A stretch of DNA of 64,000 nucleotides from Takakia lepidozioides. Taxonomy: Eukaryota; Plantae; Bryophyta. The stretch lies in the NCBI GenBank assembly GCA_030704615.1, contig CM060734.1:36456001-36520000 (forward strand). Direction: 5' to 3'. A program made the translations under genes and the position numbers. Shown here one piece after another: positions 13,809 to 24,310 of the stretch (within the stretch, counting starts at the first letter, position 1; every line of letters begins with the position of its first letter). The notes under the pieces are model-generated. The model had not been told where the DNA came from and did no database searches. It worked only from the letters and a program-made list of their open reading frames with translations.

Positions 13809-15914
13809 CTACAAGAAGAATCATCAATTTTTATGTGGAGTTACAGATTTCACCATCCAGGAGTTTTGCTATAATCTGCCATTTTTGACGGTCAATGCTT
13901 CCAAATAATGTGAGTAGTTAGATGTAGTAGGTAGGTAAATACTGGTAAGGTTCATTCTGGTGGATGGACAGTCAGTGCCAGATATAGCCTCATCAATGAG
14001 GCTAGGTCCTATTTTGGGGATGGCCCACCAAAATGGCAGCCGACGCTTAGGGGTTAAGCATCTAAACATCTAATGGTTACGGCACAAAATCGTTGTATAC
14101 ATGGTCATGGATTCGAATTCACACAAAACTATGTTCGATTTCACCCATTATAGCTAACCTAGCTAGTATATAGTTTTTTTGTTTGATTATACAATGGAGC
14201 AGCCATTTTGATTTTTGCTAAATGTCAAAGTTCAATAATTTTTTGGTAGATGTTCCATCAACCTTCCAAATTTCATCAAAAATTAAGTAATCTACAAGAT
14301 GGCTTGGTAATTGAATTGAGGGTTATAACATCACCAATAACCAATCCAAAATGGACATTTAGTGGACATTAGGCTGCAAAGTGAGCACAATTTTGTAAAA
14401 TTCTAACAATCCATTTGTTGCAATCTTGTATTCGCTTGTGAGTGCGGAGTGTAAGGGTTAGTTTAGCACTTGTGTGTTGAAGAGCTTGGGAAGATAGCTC
14501 TTGTGTTGCAAGGTGTTGCATATATTGCAAAGAAAAATCCTTGTGGTGTTAGGGCTTTGAGAAATATTGCTTTGCCCTAAGGAGGTGGAGAGCTCAAAGA
14601 TGGAGCTCTTGTAGATCACAAGGGTTACAAGGAAAGGTACTTGTGGTGTTACACCAAGGTGTTGGGGAGCTCAAGAAAGAGCTTGTTTGCCACAAGATTT
14701 GCAAGGATTGCAAGAGGGAAGTCTTGTGTGTGTGGAAGCATGGATTCTAGGGATTGAGAATCGTTTCTATGCATTATGGAGTCAATGGTGTGTACCATGG
14801 CGTGTGGAGAGCAACTAAATGATTGTTAATACCCATTTCACTATCAATCTAGGGTTAAGCAAGCTCAAGTGTGGATGTTGTGGAAGAGAAGCCAAGGAGC
14901 TACATAGGCTTGGGCTTGAAGACAGCAAGGCAAACACTTGGAGAGCATTAGGAAGCTCAAGAGGTTTGAAGGGAAGCATATGGGTGAAAATTCTATCAAT
15001 GATGATGTGAAACCAAGCCTAGAGCATTGAAGAGCTTGAAGCACATGTGGGAGATCATTGGAGGTGGTCTTCATGAAGAAAAAAGATTGTGGCTCAAGGC
15101 ATGCATAGCAACTTCAACCATAGACTAGCATGTGACAAGACAAGGAAGGGGAATGTGAAGCTCATGTATTCATTCCCTTTTGGCTTAAGTTTTGTGGTGG
15201 ATGGTTGATCAAGCAAGTGATGCTTATATGGAGCATGCTTGGCTTCCAATTTCAAGCTTGAGGAGAGCTAGAAGGTAAAGGGAGCAAGTTGATCCCCTTG
15301 TGTATGAGGTGATGCATGTGTGGAGCATGCTTTTGGCTTGAGCTTTGCAATTTCAAGCTTGAGAGGAGTGGCTCTTGAGCTAGCAAGTGAATGGAGCTTG
15401 AATGACCAAGGCTTGAGAGGAGACAAGGCTTGGTGGCTTGCCAAAGGAGATATAAGCTTGATTTGGAGTTCCAATGAGAACTTGAGCTTGTTGTGTGACC
15501 AATGCATTGCTAGTTGAGTTGGAGACAAACTTGAGTAGCTTAAGGTGAAGAAGATCAAGGTAATTTGCCTTGGTACCCCATAGAATTCATGGATGCTTGA
15601 GGGGATTAAGCATAGAGCCCCAAGGAGCACAAACCCTAGCTTGGTGAGGCTAAACCTCAAAGAAATAGAGGGGGAAGTGGCTAAAGCCTAGAGGGAAATG
15701 GCTAAACCCTGGGGGGAAATGAACTACTCTATGAGGGGGAAATGGCTATTCCAAGGGAGAAATGGCTATTCCTAAGGGAAATACAAGGGAAATACGTATA
15801 GGCCCATGGGAATACTGGGGAAATATTATGGCATATTCTTGGGAATATTCCTATGGAATTTTGGGAACTTATTGGGAACTTGGGAACTCATTGGGAACAT
15901 GGTGATATAAGAAG

Positions 15915-16150
15915 AGTCCTTGGAGGACTGTTTGGGGACCTTGGAGGACCATTTGGAGGACCATTGGGAGTTCTTGGAGGACTGTTTGGAGGACCATTGG
16001 GAGTCCTTGGAGGACTGTTTGAAGGACCATTGGGAGTCCTTGGAGGACTGTTTGGGGTCCTTGGAAGACCATTGGAGGATCATTGGGAGTCCTTGGAGGA
16101 CCATTTAGAGGACCATTTGGAGTTCTTTGGAGGACTGTTTGGGGTCCTTG
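15915..16150 (+). repeat. Degenerate ~33-bp tandem repeat in the Gypsy 5' region
   Basis: Units like GGAGTCCTTGGAGGACTGTTTGGAGGACCATTG; explains the repetitive ORFs in several frames. Confidence 0.85.
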
Positions 16151-16952
16151 GAGGCCAATATTTGGCGAGCTTGAGGAGTCTTTGGCGACTTGTGTGAGAG
16201 ACTATTTAGGGTCCTCGAGGGCTAAGTTTTGGCAGGCTCTTGGGGCCTTGGTGTACTGTTTTGGAGTCCCATTGTGTAAGGATTGGGAGCCTTAGTAAGA
16301 TTGTTTGAGAAACATATTCTTGAGGGCTCCTGGAGAGTTATTTGAGAGACCCTTGAAAGGTAGTCTTGTCTATTGTTCAAGCAAGAGAGTGTGGAGATAG
16401 GGTAGTGGGATGAGGGCATGCTGGGATTAGGAATTGCTTTAGTCTCTCTTCCTTGTAGTCTTTCACCCTCTCTGTAGGCCAAAACCTTTCCGTAGGTGGA
16501 GGCAAGAGTCAGTCCGGGTTTGGGCTGGGGTGTCATTGCAGGAGCGACACTGTGGAGTGTTCTTGGTATGGGGGAGTTGTTGTCTTGATTTTCTTGTGTT
16601 TGGATCCCCTCCACACCTGCATGCTTGACTGTGCGTCAAGTTAGCTTTGTGTGGGCGTTTGTTTTCATAGGAGGTTGGTCCGGATTTGATCACCGGTCAA
16701 TCCTAGAGCGTGCTGTCGATGGTGAGGCTGGGGTGATGACCAGTCAGACCATCATTGTTTCTCTTATGGTAAGGCTGGGTTGATGACCAACAGACCATAG
16801 GAGTGCTTGCGGTGGATGCAGGTGCAGGTTTATGTTACGAACCTAGTAGTCTAAGCCATAAGCCGCAACAGGTTCTCTACCCGGTTACCTTGTGGAAAAG
16901 GGGATTAGAGACAGGTTTACAACATGTGTGGTTGTGAGTTTTCATCACGGAG

Positions 16953-17700
16953 GTGCCACCAGTTGCTGAGGAGAGTGCCGGTACGAGCACTAGCGATATT
17001 AGTGGGTATACAAGACGAGGTGTGCGGTTAGTTTCTACAAGCAGCAGTGGGACGTCAAATGGAACAGGAGCTGGGAAGTCCACCCAAACTCCTGCTGCAG
17101 CACCAACACCCGTGCCAGCCTTTAACCCAGTTGTGGAGTTCTTCGAGGAGTTAAGGAGAAACTATCAGGGGATAAGGACAGAGAAATTGCGGAGCTTGCA
17201 AGAGTTCCAACAAAGGCCTACCGAGAGTTTAAGGGAGGCTTACACTCGCATGAGGCGCTTAATAAACGTAACCCAAGGGGTTACAGAAGCTCAGGCAGTC
17301 CAATTCTGGTATGGGATATTGGACAAAGAGCTGAGGAGAAGGGTGCGAGATGCAACTCTCCTACACGTGGCCCAACCCACCTTAGCAAATGTGTTTTTGC
17401 TGGCAAAGCGGATAGAGCTCAATATGGTGGAGAAGCGAGTGGTCATGGTGGGGTTCGGTAAGGAGACACTACGAAGTGGGGCTCCTAGCCAACAACAACC
17501 ACTACCCCAACGTGCTCAAGGCAACAAAAAAGCTCAGGCGAAGCCCAGGGAAGGACAGAGAGGATCTCAATTGCAGAGGTCACTTCCTTCATTCCCAGGC
17601 CAACAACAGTCGAGAGTGACATGTTGGGATTGTGGAGAACCCCATGTTAAGAGAGATTCCCGGAAAGAGGCAAAGGGTCAGCACAGGCACAGCCTACACG
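16953..17700 (+). pseudogene. Gypsy gag, cut off at the inversion
   Basis: LQEFQQRPTESLREAYTRMRRL (gag major-homology-like motif) and a degenerate knuckle CWDCGEPH. Confidence 0.85.
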
Positions 17701-18829
17701 TCCCGGTTGGCAGGGAGGATGCACCATCCAATGGGAGTGTAGAAGTAGCCATCAATGCTTGCAATCTCTGTTGCTCAGCCATGCACAAGCCAATTATCCA
17801 TGTCAAGCAATTTAGATCCATTGCCTGACCCAACACCTGGCGTCGTGATGCCTCTGACAGAGTTGGCACAGATGTAGTGCCCGTGGCAAACTCCATTGCC
17901 CGCTCGCGCTCATCCGCATTGGTCTCCACCAATTGCTGTAGCACAATGTCCCAAATCAACCTAGGACCATTGTCTCGAAAAGCATGAGATGAGGGAAAGC
18001 TCATGAGCGTAGGCAAGGCTATACGTGGCTGCCCCACTCGATTGATCACTACTAGAGGTGGACGGTCATCATGTCGCGCTATCTGTGGTTGCCTCCCTTG
18101 GTCCAAAATGCCCTCAACCGTGAGATTGGGTGGCCGTTGAATAGAATCATATGCTCTCTTGAGCAGCTCTGGTGGTGCAAGATTGGCCCACCACAATCGA
18201 GGTCGATGCGCACGTGATCCCACTGCTGCTGCATCCAATAGCACCGCCGATCCAATCCAAGACCGCACCTGATGCACACTGGCCATTACCCTAGCCCGAG
18301 AATCCCCCATAAGAGGAACATTCTCCAACATATAGCCTAGAGGTTGCACTTGCCTCATCTGCAAGTCCCACAACACTTGCAACATCTCCCAAAACAAATG
18401 CGATCGTGCATCATGCAAGCCATTCCCATGACCTGCGAGAGAGTGTCCTTGGCAAGGCCATCCAGCTATCACCAAGTCAATGGCACCATACCGGTCCAAA
18501 TCATCCGCCCCCAGCAAGGTAATGTCTGCTGGCAAGGCCTTTTGATACCCTTGAATTGCTGAGAGAGGCAATAACTCAGGGTACCGGTATGTAAGCAAGG
18601 CGATGTGGCGCATAGAAATACGCCGAGCTATCTCATCCTTCTCCACATACAAGTACTTGCGTACTTTAATCCCAGCTTGCAACACTCCTGCAAGCCCGGT
18701 GCTCATGCCTCCAAACAGGTCTAGCAAACAAATCCCTGAGTCAGGTGGTTGCCAGGTAATGGGCACTGTATCCAAATGAGCTAACTGAGGAGGTCCAGGT
18801 GATGTCACTGAACTCCCCTCACTCACCAA
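17678..18829 (-). CDS. DNMT3-like C5-cytosine DNA methyltransferase domain (retrotransposon-borne, open 383-aa frame)
   Basis: Canonical motif order: I LLDLFGGMSTG, II YVEKD, IV IAGWPCQG, VI MLENV, VIII AHRPRLWWANL, IX ERERAM, X RRQVLGQAM. Confidence 0.9.
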   Translation of the reverse strand: MVSEGSSVTSPGPPQLAHLDTVPITWQPPDSGICLLDLFGGMSTGLAGVLQAGIKVRKYLYVEKDEIARRISMRHIALLTYRYPELLPLSAIQGYQKALPADITLLGADDLDRYGAIDLVIAGWPCQGHSLAGHGNGLHDARSHLFWEMLQVLWDLQMRQVQPLGYMLENVPLMGDSRARVMASVHQVRSWIGSAVLLDAAAVGSRAHRPRLWWANLAPPELLKRAYDSIQRPPNLTVEGILDQGRQPQIARHDDRPPLVVINRVGQPRIALPTLMSFPSSHAFRDNGPRLIWDIVLQQLVETNADERERAMEFATGTTSVPTLSEASRRQVLGQAMDLNCLTWIIGLCMAEQQRLQALMATSTLPLDGASSLPTGTCRLCLC

Positions 18830-18844
18830 TGGATAGGCCTCTTG

Positions 18845-19660
18845 TCATGCTTGGTGCACATACTCGCCTACTACTCGATGCAAATTCCCAACTGTACCCC
18901 ACAGGGGAATATGAACAGACACATAAGGAAGCAAATCAGCCTTGTATGCCAATTGTTTGTCCTCATCAGGTGGTGGCCTATCATCTGCATGGCTATTGCC
19001 CTCCAAGAGCTCACCACCCCAAGCCACCACCCCTGAGAATGCAGCCAATGTGGGCATCATGTTCCTATGATCCACCGCTACATTTCCAATAAACCGCACT
19101 GAGAGCAGTGCACGTCGACCATCCCCTGACTGCCATTCCGTCCTATAGGATGCCGTTTCCTCCCAAAAGTCCAAAGTAAAGCCCATTGGGTATAACACAG
19201 CCCTACCAACAAGCACATCATAAGACATCGCGTCCGTAACAATGGCTTTAGCTCTCATGACAGGGCCATCTGTAGGATGATCTGGTTGCAATCAAATGAA
19301 GAGCTTATGGCGTGTAATCCCTCGTGTCTTATCTGAACCGCCCAAAGATGTTTGAATTTGGAAAGGGCAAAGCTCCAAATCCGCCTCTGTAAGGCCCAAG
19401 CCTGCAATTGCTGCTCTCCCCAACATCAATGGCTATGCTCCCGAGTCCAACAAGATCCGCAGTGGCTTATACCTCCTCCCGGTTGGGCCACCCAACTGAA
19501 ACACACCATCCTGATTGTCCACCAGGACTACCCCAGGAGTCACCATACTACGCTCAATGGCTGGTCTAGCTGGCAACTCTTGCAACCTTGCAGGTGCCGC
19601 TTGCCATGGCGCAGCTGTGGCTGTCTTCACCCTTGAATCCAGGGCATCCATGCACTGCAC
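18845..19660 (-). pseudogene. Retroviral-type aspartic protease (in the inverted segment)
   Basis: RILLDSGA active site (~19436-19459) followed by the YDVLVG motif. Confidence 0.8.
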
Positions 19661-20164
19661 CTAATCCGTTATCCCCGCAGATAGTGCCGATGCATCACCA
19701 TTCTCACAGAGTGCAGCTACCAGTCTAAACACTGCAGCTGGCCGCATCCCCAGCATTGCAATTGTCGTGGCAGAAAATAATGGAGCTTGGCAAATTGTCG
19801 TAGCCGCCCCCAACAATGTACTGGCTGCACCTTGCTTTGCAACACCACCTACTGGCGTTTTCCGAGCCATACCAACTCTCCCCAATGACACTTGTGGCTC
19901 TGCCTCTTACACACTTGGGCGAGCGGGTGCCATCGATGGCGTAGTTGGCACTGTCTCAACCAATGTAAAGGATTGTGGAAGCCATGTCTGACGACTTGCT
20001 TCCCCCTTTTGTGGATCAAAATCCACATCCGTTCCTCTTGGCTCAGGAGCACGCGTTGTTGCTTGAGTGATAGCAGCTGCAGAGTCCACATACAATGATC
20101 CTGCAAGTGCGGCTCCACACATGAAGCCCATACCAATCTGGTCTTCCCTAGGCATAGACCATGG

Positions 20165-21790
20165 ACTGAGGATCAGTTGGAGGCCAAGGTAGCCAAGGTT
20201 TTTGAAGAGGTTGAGAATGTTTCTTGCTCAGAGGATGTTCTCAAGGTGGCTATGGCAGAGCAAGTGGAGACTACGCCATAGTCAGATTGGGCGGACAAGG
20301 CCCAAGAGGTTGCTATCTAGCAACCAAAGGATTCGTCTCCTACCTCCAAGCCTGGTGTATCCAAGGTTGCAGTCACTGAGGACAATTGGGAACCTGATGT
20401 TGGACCTACAGTCACCGGAGGAGAGAGACGGAGGATCCAGCGATTTCTAAGTGCTTATAGAAATTGCTTTGCCTTTGGTTTGAAGGATTTGGGGAGTTTG
20501 AAGGGTCAGGAGATTCGTATTGATTTGGCAAGTGATACGCCAATCTTTCGAAGGCCCTACCGGTATAGTGACATGGAGAGGTCATTGATCTAGTCACGGA
20601 CTATGGAGTTGTTCGAAGCTGGATTGGTGGAGTTGTCAGGCGGGGAGTATGCCTCGGCAACGATGATGCCAGCTAAGAAAGATATCTATGGCAATTGGAC
20701 AGAAAGAAAGGGGACTATCGTCTCGTGAACCATCAGACTAAGTCCGATAGATATGCCATGCCAACTCCAGAGGAGATCTTTGATGCCATTGGGCATGCAA
20801 AGGTGTTTACCACATTGGACTTGCGATCCGGTTACCACCAGTTGCCAATCAAAGAGGCTGACAAGCAAAAGACGGCATTCTGGGGGATTGACCAACATGG
20901 GAAGGACTGCTTGTACCAATGGCGGTTTTTACCGTTTGGGCTGAAGAATGCTCCTGCAGAGTTTTCAGAGGGTCATGGATAGGATTCTCGCGGGGCTAGA
21001 CTTCGTCCGGTGCTACATTGATGACATCATCGTCTATAGTGCTACGGTTGAGGAGCATGAGAGACACCTTCAGGTGGTGTTTGAGCGCTTGAGAGTGCAT
21101 GGGTTGAAATTGCACCCTGGGAAGTGCAAGTTCTTCCACAACCAGATTGAGTATCTGGGCCACATAATATACCCTGGAGGATTGGGTGTTCAAAAGACGA
21201 AGGTGCATTACACGCATTCCACGCCCCATAGATGTTAGCAGAATTCGTGCTTTCATGGGATTGACAAACTACTATCGATGGTTTGTCAAGGGATTTAGCA
21301 GCATTGCAAAGGCTCTTACCAAGTTGACCAAGGTGGGTCAGGAGTGGCAGTGGGAGGAGGAACAGGAGGAAGCATTTGAGGAACTCAAGGCTCGATTGAC
21401 TTCTACACTTATTCTGAGGTGACCTTTCCAGCTACATACGGATTTGAGTATACTGGGAATTGGAGCAGTGCTCACACATGTGGATGACGAGGGAAGAGAG
21501 TTCGTAGTGGCATATGCCAGCCGCTCGAACAATGATGCCGAGGCGAAGTATAGCTCATATGAAAGGGAGTGTCTAGCTGCGGTATGGGCAGTGGCACATT
21601 TTATATGCTACCTCTATGGCAACCTCTTCACCCTTATCACGGATCACCAACCATTGAAGTGGTTGATGGAGTCAGACAAGCTTACAGGAAAGCTTGCACG
21701 GTGGGCACTTATGCTTCAAGAGTACGACTTCTAGGTGGTGCATCGAGCCGGTATAGTCAATCGGGATGCAGATGGGTTGAGTCGTAATCC
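20165..21790 (+). pseudogene. Gypsy reverse transcriptase and RNase H, with stops and frameshifts
   Basis: LDLRSGYHQ, LPFGLKNAP, CYIDDII, IRAFMGLTNYYR, GIGAVL, ERECLAAVWAV, TDHQPL. Confidence 0.95.
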
Positions 21791-22109
21791 ATGCACGAGC
21801 GAGCATGATGATACTGGAGCTCGGTGGCATGGTGAAACGGATGAGGAGATGGTGCCAGGATGGCACACATCTGCCTTTTTGTACATCATAGCAATGGGAG
21901 CTCAAGCTGGTCCATCCCATAGCATTGGTCAAGTAGATGGTGTGCATGACGATCCGGAGATCAGTGAGGAGCTTGGTGGTGCTAAGGATGAGCATGAAGA
22001 TGTAGCAGTGTTGGCCTACCTTCGTACAGGAGAGACAGCAGTCAGTGTGACTACTAAGGAGAGAGATCGGATCCTACAACGAGCCAAGAGGTTCAAGTGG
22101 GAAGGGACT

Positions 22110-22781
22110 CACCTACTCCGGGTATGGGAGGATGGACGAGTGAGGATTGTGCCTCATCCAACACAACGAGCGCGATTGGTACGCCATGCCCATGAGGAGT
22201 TGGGACATTTTGGGGTGCGGCGCACTCATAGTTTGCTGCAAGGACAGTATTGGCGGGGCATGGAGAGAGTTGTTCAGACAGTCAAGAGAGGTTTGCGCAA
22301 GTACGGTTTGCAGAAGGGACACCTAGGAGATTGGGACCTTCAACTGCCTTGGCTAGCTATGGGCTATAGGTTCTGCAAACAAGCTTCACTTGCCTCATTC
22401 TCACCTTACTTTCTTCTCTTTGGCCGAGAGCCGGATTTGCTTGCATCTATTTGTAGGGAGGCTGCAATAGTTCTCAACCTTGATGATCCGGATGTGTGGA
22501 TACAAGTATGTGCCCAGCGGGCAGAGTTGTTCAAGAGAGTCATGCCTATGGCTTTTGAGAACCTTGCTATTGCCCAACACCGAGACACATTGAGGTACGC
22601 CACTATACGTGGAGGGGGATATCGGTCAAGTGTTCGGCGTTTCCACCCTGGGGACTATGTGTATCTGCAGCAGACAGCGCCTACGACCTTGGATGTCACA
22701 GCAGGACGTGTGATTCTAAGGGTCAGGGAGGTGTTGCCTTCAGGAGTGTTGATTCTGGAAGGTCAAGACGGCATGGTATAG
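22110..22781 (+). pseudogene. Gypsy integrase with an internal deletion of most of the catalytic core
   Basis: HAHEELGHFG (HHCC start) runs directly into ERVVQTVKRGL...WDLQLP...SPYFLLFGR; the CC pair and both catalytic Asp regions are absent. Confidence 0.85.
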
Positions 22782-22864
22782 AAGGACCATGTGCGCAATT
22801 GTGCGCCATGTCACCTTCCACATGTGGATGGGAGGATAGATCCCAACCTTGCAGTAGTACCTGC

Positions 22865-23014
22865 AGGGTTGCGTTGCATGCTATGAGGGCATGCTGGTGG
22901 CGCATGGTGTGTGACAAATGCTCAAGGGGGTGGCACATGGGATGCTTGACACCGCCACTTGAGGAGGTCTCTATCGGAGAATGGTTGTGTCTACGATGCC
23001 TTGGACAGAGGTAG
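22865..23014 (+). pseudogene. PHD finger at the pol C-terminus (N-terminal part damaged)
   Basis: VCDKCSRGWHMGCLTPPLEEVSIGEWLCLRC fits the C4HC3 PHD consensus. Confidence 0.85.
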
Positions 23015-23260
23015 TGGGCATGACAATGGTGAGGCGGACAAGTGATCCAAGGTCTAGCTAGTGAGGCTTCAATGCCATGGATACTCAACTGAAGATCATG
23101 GATTGCATGAAGGCGACTAACGATGGGGCTACGTTTGCACCCGACCTCTTGATCTATCGACTTCAGGTGTTGGGACTTGTGCAATTGAAGACCAAGCGAT
23201 GATCTTATTGAGATGGATACTTGTCAGCTATCCGGTGTTAAAGGGACCTAAGCACCGGCT

Positions 23261-23271
23261 AAGGGGGCGAT
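23261..23271 (+). promoter_or_regulatory. Polypurine-tract-like sequence before repeat B1
   Basis: AAGGGGGCGAT immediately followed by TGTGGC. Confidence 0.65.
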
Positions 23272-23356
23272 TGTGGCATAGCTTTCTAGGATTGTGTGCT
23301 TAGAATGTATGGTGGACAGTGATGTATGTTGTGGCACGATGCTTAGGTGCACGACA
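23272..23356 (+). repeat. Split direct repeat B1 (85 bp)
   Basis: Near-identical to 23725-23809. Confidence 0.95.
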
Positions 23357-23358
23357 GC

Positions 23359-23723
23359 TGTCATGGTTTTAGTCATGGTTAACTAGAATTACCTACTTCT
23401 AGTTAACTAGGATATTTTGGATATTCATATTTGTATTTTGTATGTTGGGACTTCATTTGGTCTCACATGCCAAGTGAGGTGTCAAACCTCACTTGGAACA
23501 TGGGGATGGGTTTCCCCTTGTGAGCGTTGAGGAGGGCTCATCTTCTTGTAGTTGAGCCTCCATGAGCCTCTCCCACCTCCATAGCTCTAGGTATTGAGAA
23601 GGAGTGTGATGAGGGCTTTGTAGGGTGGATTCCTTTAGCAAAGGTGCCCTTGGCTTGACTTAGTTTATGTGATTGAGTGGATTCATGAGTGAAGTGTTTC
23701 CCTTGTGTTCACTTTCATTATCA
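23359..23723 (+). repeat. Split direct repeat A2
   Basis: Copy of 13433-13808. Confidence 0.95.
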
Positions 23724-23724
23724 T

Positions 23725-23809
23725 TGTGGCATAGCTTTCTAGGATTGTGTGCTTACAATGTATGGTGGACAACGATGTATGTTGTGGCACGATGCTTAGG
23801 TGCACGACA
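23725..23809 (+). repeat. Split direct repeat B2 (right terminus)
   Basis: Copy of 23272-23356; ends CACGACA, followed by TSD GACA. Confidence 0.95.
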
Positions 23810-23980
23810 GACAAGCAAACCCCTTACCTAAACATGGAGAGGGAATCCATGTTAGGGTTATTGTTCGTGAAAACGATTGCTCAATTCCAAGTAGTCAGTT
23901 GCCGGTGATTGTAGTGTGAGATTGCCACAACTTCATATTGAAAAGAAATATATTGCACGAGGTCGGGAAAAAAAAAAGGT

Positions 23981-24310
23981 ATGACGTCTCCTGAAAGAAG
24001 CGTAACTTATGGTGTCTCTTGACCCCCACGAGGTTGGATAAACGATACAACGTCTTTGTTGCTAGATCATTGGGAGGAGAAATACTGGGATCATGGGCGT
24101 GGACATTTTAGAGCAAAAGATTGAACATACATTATTAACATACTTAATGTAGGGTTTCCCAATGTGCCTTATCGTTCTTGGAAGCAATGTCGCGACAAGG
24201 TGGACAAGCTTAAGGATGTGTATCGAGAAGGAAAGCAAAGATGTGATGCAACAAGTGCTCCTCGGCCTTCTGAGTGGCCATGGTACAAAAAATTTGCACG
24301 GCAAAGGTGA
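23981..24310 (+). pseudogene. Myb/SANT-like (trihelix-type) DNA-binding domain remnant, probably from PIF/Harbinger ORF1
   Basis: Hand translation: W.NDTTSLLLDHWEEKY...RAKD*...SWKQCRDKVDKLKDVYR...SEWPWYKKF; in-frame stops. Confidence 0.7.

Larger units (their letters stand above)
13433..23809 (+). mobile_element. Ty3/Gypsy-type retrotransposon with a C5-DNA methyltransferase, a PHD finger and split direct repeats
   Basis: Ends TGTCATG...CACGACA, 4-bp TSD GACA (13429-13432 / 23810-23813), gag, PR, DNMT, RT (YIDD), RNase H, integrase, PHD. Confidence 0.9.

Noticed and set aside
13807-13820. CACTACAAGAAG resembling an En/Spm TIR right after repeat A1
   Set aside because: No matching inverted copy or 3-bp TSD was found downstream.
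15915-16150. Possible CRISPR-like array
   Set aside because: It is a head-to-tail degenerate repeat without unique spacers, in eukaryotic TE context.
15826-16295. Several repetitive ORFs (LEDHWES, VLGGLFG, SSKDSQW)
   Set aside because: They are artefacts of a 33-bp tandem repeat that is open in many frames.
13433-23809. Classification as a DIRS/Ngaro element because of split repeats plus a methyltransferase
   Set aside because: No tyrosine recombinase was seen. It has a protease, an HHCC/DDE-type integrase remnant, TG...CA ends and a TSD, and its MTase is C5-type rather than the DAM-like type of DIRS.
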